DNA of 63,965 bases, filler included, from an uncultured Methanosarcinales archaeon (GTDB taxonomy: Archaea; Nanobdellota; Nanobdellia; Woesearchaeales; CAZXZL01): NCBI GenBank assembly GCA_964645415.1. It is 3 parts of 3 records of this genome, joined end to end, with 100 filler letters (N's around TTAATTAATTAA, not from the genome) between each part and the next. Parts side by side here need not be neighbours in the genome. Positions count along the whole stretch, not along the records: positions 1 to 22,683 come from CAZXZL010000012.1; 2 more parts are not named here. The stretch is one strand, 5' to 3'. The translations under genes were made by a program, and so were the position numbers. The notes under the pieces are model-generated. The model was not told where the DNA came from. It did no database searches and worked only from the letters and a program-made list of their open reading frames with translations. Below are positions 1 to 9,526 of the stretch, piece by piece (the stretch's first letter is position 1; every line of letters starts with the position of its first letter).

Positions 1-1314
1 TTTATCTTTTTTATCAGATTTCTTTTTCTTAGATGATTTTGATTTCTTCTTTTTACTTTTTTTATCAGACTTTTTACTTTTTGATTTACTCTTTTTACTA
101 TCAGATTTATCTTTTTTACTTGATTTTTTACTTTTAGACTTACTCTTTTTACTAGATTTCTTTTTACCTTTATCATCTGATTTCTTTTTCTTAGATGATT
201 TTGATTTCTTCTTTTTATTTTTTTTATCAGACTTTTTACTTTTTGATTTACTCTTTTTACTATCAGATTTATCTTTTTTACTTGATTTTTTACTTTTAGA
301 CTTACTCTTTTTACTAGATTTCTTTTTACCTTTATCATCTGATTTATCTTCTTTTTTATCTGATTCCTTCTTTTTATCATCAGATTTCTTTGACTTTTCT
401 TTTTCTAATTGTCTCTTATATTTTCTTAAAAGACCTTTTCTCTCTAATTTCTGATAAAGCATTAAATCTTCTCTTGTTAATGTTTCACCACTATCCATCT
501 TTTCAATTAGTTCTTTATGGTTCTCTTTTAAGTTCTCTTCTTTAGTTTGTCTTTTAATATAACTATCTTCATAACCATATTCTTTAAGTTTATCACTTAA
601 TTCTTTTAACTCTTTTTTAATATTAGTTCTTTTATCAATTAATTCATCTATTTCTTTACTAAATTGATCTAAGGTATCATTAATTTCAGAATATTCATCT
701 TTAACTTTTCCAATTTTTTTTCTAACTTTTGAACGGTCTTTGTTAAGATGATAAATCTTTTTCTTTAAATGTCTGACTTTTGAGTCATGTTTTCTATATT
801 GTTTCTTAAAAAGACCATATTTTGAAGATAAGTCTTTATATTTTTTAAATACTTCATCATGTTTTTTAAGTAATTTTAAGTCTTTTCTTAAATCTTTAAT
901 TTTAGACATTAATTGTTTTTCTTTATCTCTACCCATTACTTCGGTTTCAAATTTAAATTCAAGTTTAGAAATTTTATCTTTTAGAACTTTTGGGGAGTAT
1001 TTTGTACCTACGTCTCTTTTAATATTTTTCTTCTCTTTTTTATAAGGTTCTCTTTTTTTTCTAACTTTGTCCATCTCATTTTTTACTTTGTCTCTTTCAG
1101 AGATGTTTTTATCTAAATCACTTTTTAATTCTTTCCAATCATCTTTCATGGAATGAATCTTTTTAAAAAGAGATTCTTTTTTACTTCTAACAGATCTCTT
1201 TTTAGAAATATATGATCTTTTCTCTTTCTTTTTCTTAGAAATCTCTCTATTAATCTTTTTAAGATCAGATTTCTTATCCTTAAATTCTTTAACTAAAGAT
1301 TCTGGCGCAGACAT
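1..1314 (-). CDS. Archaeal coiled-coil protein (COG1340-like) with Lys/Ser-rich C-terminal tail; runs off the window start
   Basis: Absent from the ORF track because no stop lies in the window. ATG at 1314 (MSAPESLVKEFKDKK). Contains KLEFKFETEVMGRDKEKQL and GETLTREDLMLYQK, resembling COG1340 signatures, then a K/S/D tail. Confidence 0.75.
   Translation of the reverse strand, partial: MSAPESLVKEFKDKKSDLKKINREISKKKKEKRSYISKKRSVRSKKESLFKKIHSMKDDWKELKSDLDKNISERDKVKNEMDKVRKKREPYKKEKKNIKRDVGTKYSPKVLKDKISKLEFKFETEVMGRDKEKQLMSKIKDLRKDLKLLKKHDEVFKKYKDLSSKYGLFKKQYRKHDSKVRHLKKKIYHLNKDRSKVRKKIGKVKDEYSEINDTLDQFSKEIDELIDKRTNIKKELKELSDKLKEYGYEDSYIKRQTKEENLKENHKELIEKMDSGETLTREDLMLYQKLERKGLLRKYKRQLEKEKSKKSDDKKKESDKKEDKSDDKGKKKSSKKSKSKSKKSSKKDKSDSKKSKSKSKKSDKKNKKKKSKSSKKKKSDDKGKKKSSKKSKSKSKKSSKKDKSDSKKSKSKSKKSDKKSKKKKSKSSKKKKSDKKDK
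17..340. repeat. 162-bp tandem repeat, 2 copies, in frame (54 aa)
   Basis: 17-178 matches 179-340 with one mismatch seen (56 vs 218). Encodes SDDKGKKKSSKKSKSKSKKSSKKDKSDSKKSKSKSKKSDKK(N/S)KKKKSKSSKKKK. Confidence 0.95.
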
Positions 1315-1378
1315 TGGTATTCCCTATATTAAATTAGATATAAATATAATAAAAAAATAAAAAAAATAAAAAATAAAA

Positions 1379-1708
1379 TTATCCGAATAAGTTACTTAAA
1401 CCATCAGATACATCTTCATCACTTTCTTCATCATCATCATCTTCATCATCACTATCATCAGAGCCATCATCACCACTATCATCTGAAGATTCACTAGATG
1501 AATCAGTAGTTGGAGCTGCAGGAGCAGCACTGAAAGATGCTTTCTCAATAGTCTCTTCAATATCGACATCCTCTAAAGCTGCAACTAATGCTTTAACTTT
1601 AGCTTCTTCTGGATCAATTCCAGCAGCTTCAAGGACTTTTGTAACCGACTCTTCGCTAATTTCCTTTCCTGATTTATGCAACAATAAAGCAGCATATACA
1701 TAGTTCAT
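1379..1708 (-). CDS. rpl12p: 50S ribosomal stalk protein P1 (L12p)
   Basis: N-terminus [11 protein letters not shown], acidic hinge, C-terminal GLSNLFG; follows P0. Confidence 0.97.
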   Translation of the reverse strand: MNYVYAALLLHKSGKEISEESVTKVLEAAGIDPEEAKVKALVAALEDVDIEETIEKASFSAAPAAPTTDSSSESSDDSGDDGSDDSDDEDDDDEESDEDVSDGLSNLFG

Positions 1709-1743
1709 ATTAAATCCCTCCTAATAAATTTGAAAAAAATAGT

Positions 1744-2583
1744 TTATTCTGTCTTTGAACTCAACTCATTAGCCACTGCAACTGACTTCATGAGAATATT
1801 TTCAATTACTTCTTTGTTAAAAATGTTCTCTTCAATAGCCAATTTTTTAGCATCTGTGACAGATTGTAAAATCATTGGCTCAATCACATCACTATTTATA
1901 AATTCTACATTAAACGATAAGTTGAATCCATGACGATAAGCTTTTTGTAAATCATTGATATATTTTGATTCATCGACTGATAAGATATCTTTCTCAAAGA
2001 CGGTACCATCTTCATAAGCAGCTACAAGATTTAAACCAATTTTAATTGGTTTCATATCAAATCTTCTAAGTAGTGATGCTAGATCATCTGAAATTTCATC
2101 ACCTTTTTTTGCTACAACTTTATCTCCTTTAATTTCTACTTTACCATCTTTAACCCCAGTTTTCAGTCCGAACTGAGCAAGTTCACTAATAATAGGTCCA
2201 GGCATAAATGAAGTTGGACCAGATCTAATCATAAGATCTTTTGGAGCAATATTTCCTTCTTTTGCATAAGTATTAGTTTTATTATCATTTAAAACTTTCA
2301 TAACTTTAAATGGATTTTCATTTGTGAAAAGTAAACCAACCATACCTTCTAAATATTCACTTATATCTAGAATGGAATCATCATCTAATTCATTAATAGC
2401 AATTTCAATTAAATTTTTTCTAGTAACAAGAATCTCAACTTTTCCTCGAAGATTCTTTCTCATCTGTTGCATCTCCCTACTAGGAAGATCTTTTAAATCT
2501 AAGACACCAACAACATTATAGTTATTAATTTTGTCTTTGATCTCTTTTACTTTTTCCCTTTTCCAATCAGCAACATTTGTCAT
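1744..2583 (-). CDS. rplP0: 50S ribosomal protein uL10 (P0)
   Basis: WKREKV, QQMRKNLRG and GPTSFMPGPIISEL motifs; lies between rpl1 and rpl12. Confidence 0.96.
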   Translation of the reverse strand: MTNVADWKREKVKEIKDKINNYNVVGVLDLKDLPSREMQQMRKNLRGKVEILVTRKNLIEIAINELDDDSILDISEYLEGMVGLLFTNENPFKVMKVLNDNKTNTYAKEGNIAPKDLMIRSGPTSFMPGPIISELAQFGLKTGVKDGKVEIKGDKVVAKKGDEISDDLASLLRRFDMKPIKIGLNLVAAYEDGTVFEKDILSVDESKYINDLQKAYRHGFNLSFNVEFINSDVIEPMILQSVTDAKKLAIEENIFNKEVIENILMKSVAVANELSSKTE

Positions 2584-2594
2584 GATAATCCTCT

Positions 2595-3248
2595 TTAATT
2601 AAGTTTAGCAGGTTTCCCCATAGTAGTTTTAATAATAACAGAGTCAATATTTAAATGCCCTGAAGGCAAATTTTCAATAACTCTTTTATATACTAACATG
2701 AAATTTTCTGCAATTTGTTCATCTTTTAAATCTTTATCTCCAATGAGTGTTTGAATAACTGGTTGATCTCTAAAAGTAATTGTAACCATTTTCCTAAGTT
2801 TTGTTTCATCGTCTTTAATATCCTCACCTGGCTGAATAACAGTTCCAGCAGAAGGACTTGGCATTTTCTTCCTTGGACCAAAATATCTACCAAAGAATCT
2901 AGCCACTTTAGGCATAAGGTTAGTTTGTGAAATAAAATAATCATAAGAACTTGCAAGTTTTTTAGCTTCTCTTGCATCAGAATAATCTTCAAAATCGGAT
3001 TCTAAAACAACTTTGTCAACTTGACTTTTTATTTTTTTTGATGTCTGTTTATCAACTAAAGCACAAAGTTTATTAGACTTATTAAGATTTGGTAAAGTTA
3101 AGTTTAAACTAAAATTGTTTGAAGTTTGTTTCATATCCATATCACGAATATTGATAATTGCTTCAAATGATTCTAAGAAGTTTCTATCTTTTGAATTAGC
3201 TCTTGCCTTACTTACTAATTCAGTAATTTCTTCTTTTTTTATTTGCAT
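2595..3248 (-). CDS. rpl1p: 50S ribosomal protein uL1
   Basis: RNFLESFE, FGPRKKMPSP and IKTTMGKP motifs; operon context. Confidence 0.95.
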   Translation of the reverse strand: MQIKKEEITELVSKARANSKDRNFLESFEAIINIRDMDMKQTSNNFSLNLTLPNLNKSNKLCALVDKQTSKKIKSQVDKVVLESDFEDYSDAREAKKLASSYDYFISQTNLMPKVARFFGRYFGPRKKMPSPSAGTVIQPGEDIKDDETKLRKMVTITFRDQPVIQTLIGDKDLKDEQIAENFMLVYKRVIENLPSGHLNIDSVIIKTTMGKPAKLN

Positions 3249-3257
3249 TTTAATTAT

Positions 3258-3291
3258 CTCCTGCCCTACTACACAAGGTAGTTAACGGACA
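3258..3291 (-). promoter_or_regulatory. Structured leader of rpl1; candidate L1 autoregulatory site adjoining the SD (GGAG)
   Basis: Minus strand reads UGUCC-GUUA-ACUAC-CUUGU-GUAGU-A-GGGCA-GGAG: two helices with an asymmetric internal loop. TATA-like box near 3315-3323. Confidence 0.5.
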
Positions 3292-3393
3292 TCATGTATG
3301 AAAAAGGTGACTGGTTTATATATTTTACTATTTTTTTGATGAATTAATATAAACGAAAAGTATTTTAATAAAATAAAATTTAATTTTTATGTT

Positions 3394-3466
3394 GCCTTTG
3401 TAGCTCAGTGGCTAGAGCACCAGCCTCGTAAGCTGGGGGTCGAGGGTTCAAATCCCTCTAAAGGCT
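3394..3466 (+). tRNA. tRNA-Thr(CGT)
   Basis: Acceptor GCCTTTG/TAAAGGC, anticodon arm CCAGC-CTCGTAA-GCTGG, T-loop TTCAAAT; no CCA, no intron. Confidence 0.97.
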
Positions 3467-3542
3467 TAATTAATAAACTAAGTTTTAAATTAAATAAAAA
3501 AGATATAAATAATTAGTTTAATAAAATATAATATGTGAAAAA

Positions 3543-5477
3543 ATGAGATATAAAAATTTTAAGCTAGATCCATTCCAAGAAAAGTCAATTGAATCCTTAA
3601 ATAAAAATAGATCCGTAATAGTTAGTTCACCAACAGGATCAGGAAAAACATTAATTGCAGATTATTTGATTTCTAAGGCAATTGAAAAAGGAGATGAAGT
3701 AATTTATACATCACCAATTAAAGCACTTTCAAATCAAAAATATAAAGAATTTAGTAAAGAATTTGGAAAAGATAAAGTTGGATTGATGACAGGGGATGTT
3801 GTAATTAATCCTGAAGGTCAAGTAATTATAATGACAACAGAGATTTATAGAAATATGTGTGTTCAAGAAGATCAAAGAATTAATGATATTAAATATGTAA
3901 TTTTTGATGAAATCCATTATATTAATAATAGAGAAAGAGGTTATATCTGGGAAGAATCTATTATTTTCTCAAAAGAACATACTAGATTTTTATGTTTATC
4001 AGCAACAATACCTAATGCAAAAGAGTTTTCAAAATGGATTGAAAAAATAAAAAAACATAAAGTTGATGTGATAAAAAAAACAGATAGACCTGTACCTCTT
4101 CATGTTAAATTTTATTATCCAAATATAGGGATTTCATCTCTTGAAAAAATAAAGGAAATAGATAGTATTCCAACAAGAAGAAGAGGTAGAAGAAAAAAAA
4201 AGAGATTTAGACCAAAACATTATAATTTAATAAAAGATATAAAAGAAAAAAATCCTATTTTATTCTTTACTTTTTCAAAAAAGAAATGTTACAGACATGC
4301 TTTAGAACTTAGTAGAAAGAAGATATTTAAAAAAGATTCGAGTGCACTTCAATTATTTCAAAAGAGATTAAGAAAGTTACCAAATAATATTAATAGAATG
4401 AAGGCTGTTAAAACATTAAAAAAGACACTCCCTTATGGAATAGGATTTCATCATGCAGGAATCTTGCCAATTATAAAAGAAATTGTTGAGGAGTTATTTT
4501 CTAAAGGATTAATTAAAGTATTATATACAACTGAAACATTTGCGGTTGGAATAAATATGCCTGCAAAAACAGTATGTTTTGATTCTATGAGAAAATTTGA
4601 TGGTATTAATTTTAGACTTATTAATTCAAAAGAGTTCTTTCAAATCGCAGGTCGAGCTGGAAGAAGAGGTATAGATAAAGAAGGTTTTGTATATGTAATG
4701 CTAGATAAAAGAGATTTTGAATATAATAAAATAAAATCAATTACAGATGAAGATGTTGATCCTATTAAATCACAATTTCAACTTTCAGTAAATACTGTAT
4801 TGAACTTAATAAAAAATCATTCTAGCGAAAATATTAATAAAATTTTAAATGAAAATCTTTATGTTTATCAAAAATTTGGAGAAAATCTTGATATAAATAA
4901 GAAGAATACAATACATAGAAGATTTAATAATATTAAAGATAAGCTGATGAAAAGAGATTACATTGATTCAAAAGATAATCTTACATACAAAGGAGAATTC
5001 GCATCAAAAATATATTCTGATGAAATGATAATGACTGAAATTTTTGCAACTGATTTTGTAAATAATCTTAATGATTATCAAATTCTTTTGATGTTAGCTT
5101 CACTATCATGTGAAACTAGAGATAATGATCGATTTTATAAAAAGTATCAAACATCAATGCTATCCAGTTTATATAAAATGATATCTTCAAATAAATTTTT
5201 ATGGGATACAAAAAGATTCAAAAATTTAAAACAAATGACTGCTTTGATTCATCCAATATATTCAGAAGAAGATATTTTTAAAGCAATTAAAAACACAAAT
5301 ATCATGGAAGGAAATATTATTAGAATATATAGACAAATAATAGATAGAATTAATCAGATACAAGGATCAGAAGTAAGTATGAAAACAAATGAAAAGTTGA
5401 GTAGAGCAAGAGAGAACTTATTAAAATTCATAGAAGAAATTGATGAACATAGTAATCAAGAAGATAGTATAGAATAA
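3543..5477 (+). CDS. Ski2/HelY-like superfamily II RNA helicase (COG4581-type)
   Basis: PTGSGKT, PIKALSNQK, DEIH, SAT, HHAG, TETFAVGINMP and QIAGRAGRRG motifs. Confidence 0.92.
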   Translation: MRYKNFKLDPFQEKSIESLNKNRSVIVSSPTGSGKTLIADYLISKAIEKGDEVIYTSPIKALSNQKYKEFSKEFGKDKVGLMTGDVVINPEGQVIIMTTEIYRNMCVQEDQRINDIKYVIFDEIHYINNRERGYIWEESIIFSKEHTRFLCLSATIPNAKEFSKWIEKIKKHKVDVIKKTDRPVPLHVKFYYPNIGISSLEKIKEIDSIPTRRRGRRKKKRFRPKHYNLIKDIKEKNPILFFTFSKKKCYRHALELSRKKIFKKDSSALQLFQKRLRKLPNNINRMKAVKTLKKTLPYGIGFHHAGILPIIKEIVEELFSKGLIKVLYTTETFAVGINMPAKTVCFDSMRKFDGINFRLINSKEFFQIAGRAGRRGIDKEGFVYVMLDKRDFEYNKIKSITDEDVDPIKSQFQLSVNTVLNLIKNHSSENINKILNENLYVYQKFGENLDINKKNTIHRRFNNIKDKLMKRDYIDSKDNLTYKGEFASKIYSDEMIMTEIFATDFVNNLNDYQILLMLASLSCETRDNDRFYKKYQTSMLSSLYKMISSNKFLWDTKRFKNLKQMTALIHPIYSEEDIFKAIKNTNIMEGNIIRIYRQIIDRINQIQGSEVSMKTNEKLSRARENLLKFIEEIDEHSNQEDSIE

Positions 5478-5590
5478 AAAATTAAACTAACTAAGATTAT
5501 TAGGAATAAATAATACAAAATAAAAGTATTAAAAATTAAACAAAAAATAATTTAATAAGATAAAAAAGAAAAAATAACTATTATGAAATT

Positions 5591-5869
5591 CTAAAGAACT
5601 TCAAAAGAGCCATATCTCCCAGGAGAAATTTGTAATCTATTATTGAATTCTCTTACCCATCCTTTTTCTATCTTGATTTTATCTCCTTCATTTACCTTAT
5701 CAATATCTTCATTCCATAAAGCAACAATTACTTCACCAGTATCATCTTTTCCAGTATAATTACATACTCTTAAAGAACCAGCTCTAACTTCTTTTGGTTC
5801 ACCTTTTTCAGTAATTTCAAGAGTAATTTCATCAACTGATTTCTTTTTTTCTAAATCTTCAACTTTCAT
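5591..5869 (-). CDS. Single OB-fold ssDNA-binding protein (SSB/RPA-like)
   Basis: DDTGEV..LWNE..GDKIKIEKGWVREFNNRLQI OB-fold pattern. Confidence 0.88.
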   Translation of the reverse strand: MKVEDLEKKKSVDEITLEITEKGEPKEVRAGSLRVCNYTGKDDTGEVIVALWNEDIDKVNEGDKIKIEKGWVREFNNRLQISPGRYGSFEVL

Positions 5870-5968
5870 TTAACAAACACCATTATAAAATACTAGTTAT
5901 CATTTTTAAAAGTTTTTATATACCATAAAGAAAAAAAATAAATACTGGGTTGTTTTTTAACATTTACT

Positions 5969-6041
5969 GCCTCAATAGCTCAGCGGCTAGAGCACCAGCC
6001 TTGTAAGCTGGGGGTCGGGGGTTCAAATCCCCCTTGAGGCT
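5969..6041 (+). tRNA. tRNA-Thr(TGT)
   Basis: Acceptor GCCTCAA/TTGAGGC, anticodon arm CCAGC-CTTGTAA-GCTGG. Confidence 0.97.
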
Positions 6042-6067
6042 TATTTTAAGCACTCACAATAATTAAA

Positions 6068-6826
6068 TTATTGATTGTTCCAAAATTCTAATACTTCTTT
6101 TTCAGAAAAATGTAACTTTCCTGGAATAATTAAAGAATGAGGTGTATCGGTAAATTCATAATCAATTAAGTCAGAAATAGTTCCATATTTAATATCAAAA
6201 TTACCACCAAGGCTTGAAACACCTATTACTTTTGTTTCTTCATTAATTAAATTATCATTAATTTCTTCTTCCATTTTAAGAAGTAATTTTAAAGCTTCAT
6301 TGATAGTCATAAAATAATTTTGTTTTATTTTTATATCAAGTAAACAAAGTGTATGTGCATTAATTTTTGAATTCTCCTTAATTATTTTATAAGGTGACTT
6401 TGGAAACCAATTTTTTTTTGGTTTTACAATACTTGTAACTTTACCAAATTTATATAGTTGAAGCCCAGTTGTTGAAACAGCAGTAAAAATTGATGCATTA
6501 TGTATGATTTCTACATCAATATTTTTTTGTTTAGCTCTCATTAAAATTTCAGAATGAGTTGTTGCAGAAAATACATCTCCAACAACTAAAAGTGCAATAT
6601 TTTTATTCTTTGCATCATTAAAAATTAAATTATTATCTTCAATTTTTTCTCTATTTAAAGGTTCTATATTAACTGAAAAAAAGTTAGAAAGTTCTTTAAT
6701 TGAAGAATCAGATAAAACACTTGTATATGACTCCAAGAAAACCTTATCACAAGATTTTATTGCTTCTTTTCCTTTAATAGTAACATCTTTTGGGTTACCT
6801 AATCCTAATCCTATAAGGTATAACAT
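6068..6826 (-). CDS. dph5: Diphthine synthase
   Basis: MLYLIGLGL, LESYTS, GDVFSATTH, GLQLYKFG, HTLCLLDI and PHSLIIPG motifs. Confidence 0.96.
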   Translation of the reverse strand: MLYLIGLGLGNPKDVTIKGKEAIKSCDKVFLESYTSVLSDSSIKELSNFFSVNIEPLNREKIEDNNLIFNDAKNKNIALLVVGDVFSATTHSEILMRAKQKNIDVEIIHNASIFTAVSTTGLQLYKFGKVTSIVKPKKNWFPKSPYKIIKENSKINAHTLCLLDIKIKQNYFMTINEALKLLLKMEEEINDNLINEETKVIGVSSLGGNFDIKYGTISDLIDYEFTDTPHSLIIPGKLHFSEKEVLEFWNNQ

Positions 6827-6874
6827 TTTAAAAAAGAGAAATTTAATTTTATATAAATGATATTATTAATGGTT

Positions 6875-7324
6875 TTATTTGATTTTATTAAATGATCTTT
6901 TTATATCCTCAGTTAATTTTAAAAAATGATCTTTTGAAACCTTTAATTTTGGCCAGTCTTCAATTTTATATCCATCATTTTTTTCTCTTGGCACAATATG
7001 AAAATGTAAATGAGGAATTACTTGTTCAGCTTCTTTTCCATCATTAACTAAAATATTACATCCATCATATTTTGATTTAATTACTTTAATTGCAAGAGAT
7101 ACATGATCTATTAATTCATATTTTAATTTAGAAGGTAATTCTGAAATTGAAGAAAAATGTTCTTTAGGGATAACTAAAATATGAGCTTTCTTTCCTTCTG
7201 GACAACTTTTTGATAAAAAACTGATTGTATTTTCTGTTTCATTAACAAAATCTAATGGTAATCCATTATTATGATTCTTTCTTTCACCTGAGACAAATTC
7301 ACAAAATAGGCACAATTTAATCAC
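6875..7324 (-). CDS. HIT family hydrolase
   Basis: CLFC, HILVIPKEH and the HLHFH triad. The real start may be TTG at 7315. Confidence 0.92.
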   Translation of the reverse strand: MIKLCLFCEFVSGERKNHNNGLPLDFVNETENTISFLSKSCPEGKKAHILVIPKEHFSSISELPSKLKYELIDHVSLAIKVIKSKYDGCNILVNDGKEAEQVIPHLHFHIVPREKNDGYKIEDWPKLKVSKDHFLKLTEDIKRSFNKIK

Positions 7325-7794
7325 CTTACAATATCTGCAATTTTTCCATCATTTACTTCTTTTATAGTTTCAGTAGATACTTTTATCAAAGATTGAGATG
7401 AACCACCACCAGCATAAACCTCACTTTTTTTCATTACTTTTTCATCAATTAAAAATAACGCATTATAACCAAAAGGTGGAACACCTCCACAAGGATATCC
7501 TGTATGTTCTTTTATTAAGTTAGGATTAGCAATATTAACTTTTTTCACATTACAAATTTCTTTTATTTTTGATTCATCAGCTTTATCCTCTCCTTTAATA
7601 ATTGCAACAATTAATTTTTCATTATTATCAAAAAAACATAAACTCTTAATAAAATCAGTTTTATTTGCACCTACTGAATCTGCAGCTTCCTTAACAGAAT
7701 GACATGATTTTTCAAAAGAAATATGTTTTGCTGAAATTCTATTCTTCACCATAAATTCTTTAAGTTTTTCTTCATATTTTTTCAATTTAATCAC
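7321..7794 (-). CDS. YbaK/ProX-family aminoacyl-tRNA deacylase
   Basis: IKSL, TGYPCGGVPPFG and VYAGGGS motifs. The real start may be TTG at 7785. Confidence 0.9.
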   Translation of the reverse strand: MIKLKKYEEKLKEFMVKNRISAKHISFEKSCHSVKEAADSVGANKTDFIKSLCFFDNNEKLIVAIIKGEDKADESKIKEICNVKKVNIANPNLIKEHTGYPCGGVPPFGYNALFLIDEKVMKKSEVYAGGGSSQSLIKVSTETIKEVNDGKIADIVR

Positions 7795-8260
7795 CTAAAT
7801 TATCTTTAATTCCAGAAAAAAGAAATTTTCCGAAAAAATATCCTACAAGTACCCAAATTATTAATGAAATAAAAAAGAAAGAAATAGATAATTCATCACG
7901 AGAAAGAAAGTCAATAATAAAAATAGGTATTCCCCAACCTAATATTCCATTTATTAAAATAAATCCTGTTTTAATTTCATCTTTATTTAAATTACTAAAA
8001 TTTTCATTATACTTCCAATTAAGGATACCAAAAAGAAATCCTAAAATAGAAAAGATTATCAAAACCACAAAAATCTCAATCAGTAAAGAATTAAAATTAA
8101 TAGATTCAAAACCATAATTTAAAATATTTAAAATATTAAAGATAAGAAATAAAATAACTCCTAAAGGAATCATTCTTGTGACAATACTATCAATTAATAT
8201 ATATCTAAATAATCCTTTCTCCTTTATATCCTTCCAATTATTAACTTTCATAACATTCAA
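7787..8260 (-). CDS. Hypothetical membrane protein
   Basis: About 4 hydrophobic segments; overlaps both neighbouring genes. Confidence 0.65.
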   Translation of the reverse strand: MNVMKVNNWKDIKEKGLFRYILIDSIVTRMIPLGVILFLIFNILNILNYGFESINFNSLLIEIFVVLIIFSILGFLFGILNWKYNENFSNLNKDEIKTGFILINGILGWGIPIFIIDFLSRDELSISFFFISLIIWVLVGYFFGKFLFSGIKDNLGD

Positions 8261-8486
8261 CTCTATTTATATCCCAACAAAAATTAATTCCACCACATAA
8301 AAACTGTGGAGGATAACTATCTAAAATTGATAATGATCCCAAACATAAACATTTTTCGAAATATTTTTCACAACCTAAATCTTCATCATACTCAAATTTT
8401 TCATATGTACCACCGAAAGCATATGAAAAAATAAGAATCATAGAAAGTATTAGAATAACACTAATAATAATATATTTTTTATTCAT
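8241..8486 (-). CDS. Small secreted or anchored six-Cys protein (paralog A)
   Basis: N-terminal hydrophobic helix followed by C..Y.E.CLCLG..DSYPP..LC.G...C.DIN..EC, shared with the next gene. Confidence 0.8.
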   Translation of the reverse strand: MNKKYIIISVILILSMILIFSYAFGGTYEKFEYDEDLGCEKYFEKCLCLGSLSILDSYPPQFLCGGINFCWDINRVECYES

Positions 8487-8488
8487 GA

Positions 8489-8737
8489 TTAATCCTCAGG
8501 ACATTCAGTTACGTTTATATCTTTACATAGTTCAATTCCTGTACAAAGATAGTCTGGGGGATAACTATCCCTAAATTCCAAAAAACCTAAACAAAGACAT
8601 TCTTCATAATAATTAATACATTCATCTGCTTCCCATATAAAGGGTTTATAACTAAATCTGAAATTTAATACTAATAAAAATAAAAGTATCATAATAGATA
8701 AAATCAAAATTCCTGTAACAAACTTATTTTTTTTCAT
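8489..8737 (-). CDS. Small secreted or anchored six-Cys protein (paralog B)
   Basis: Same Cys spacing and DSYPP motif as 8241-8486; SD-like GAGGT upstream. Confidence 0.8.
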   Translation of the reverse strand: MKKNKFVTGILILSIMILLFLLVLNFRFSYKPFIWEADECINYYEECLCLGFLEFRDSYPPDYLCTGIELCKDINVTECPED

Positions 8738-8755
8738 TCATATTACCTCATAAAA

Positions 8756-9514
8756 TTATTTTTTCTTTAAGTTTTCATTAAAGTGATCTATCTTTTCTTG
8801 AAGAGTTTCTTTTAAAGTCTTTTTTACATCTCTTCTTAATCTAAAATAATTAGAGATAGACAACATTTTTGTTTTAAAGCTAGATAATTTTTCATTATCT
8901 TTAACCTTATTGTTTAATTTTTGAGTTACTTCATTATATAATTTTTCAATATTTAAAACTTTCTTATGTAGATATTTTTGATTAAATTGAATAATTAATG
9001 ATCTAGATTTATATGCAAGATCAATAGAGTTAATGAAGTCAATAATAAATATTCCATAAATAAAGCCAATAAAGAAAATATTTGTTTTTGTGAAAACAGA
9101 TTCATTTAATATAGAATAAATATAAGGAAATATCCTATTTTTAAAAGCTAATGATAATAGAACCCAATAAATAATAAATTCTAAACAGATATATCCTTTC
9201 AAATTTAGAATTTTATCAGAATAATCCCAAAGTCTAACTTTAAAGTATTTATGAAAGAAAAATCCAGTAAAAAATTCTAATAAAGATAATGAAAAAGCAT
9301 ACATAACTATACTTCCAAAAAATGTTAAATGATTAGAATATAAAGTTATCCAGTAAATAATTAATGCACCAAAACCATAAATAGGAAGATAAGGACCAGT
9401 TAAAAAACCAGGATTAATTATCTTCTTCCAATAAAGTCCACGGTATAAAAACTCAATAATCCAACCTATAAAACTAAAAATAATAAATACGAATAATAAA
9501 TTAGCAAGTTCCAT
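8756..9514 (-). CDS. DUF1113 / putative ABC-transporter-type membrane protein
   Basis: SFIGWIIE, PGFLTGPYLPIYGFG, RLWDYS..NLKGYICL motifs. Confidence 0.85.
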   Translation of the reverse strand: MELANLLFVFIIFSFIGWIIEFLYRGLYWKKIINPGFLTGPYLPIYGFGALIIYWITLYSNHLTFFGSIVMYAFSLSLLEFFTGFFFHKYFKVRLWDYSDKILNLKGYICLEFIIYWVLLSLAFKNRIFPYIYSILNESVFTKTNIFFIGFIYGIFIIDFINSIDLAYKSRSLIIQFNQKYLHKKVLNIEKLYNEVTQKLNNKVKDNEKLSSFKTKMLSISNYFRLRRDVKKTLKETLQEKIDHFNENLKKK

Positions 9515-9526
9515 ATATTCACCAAG

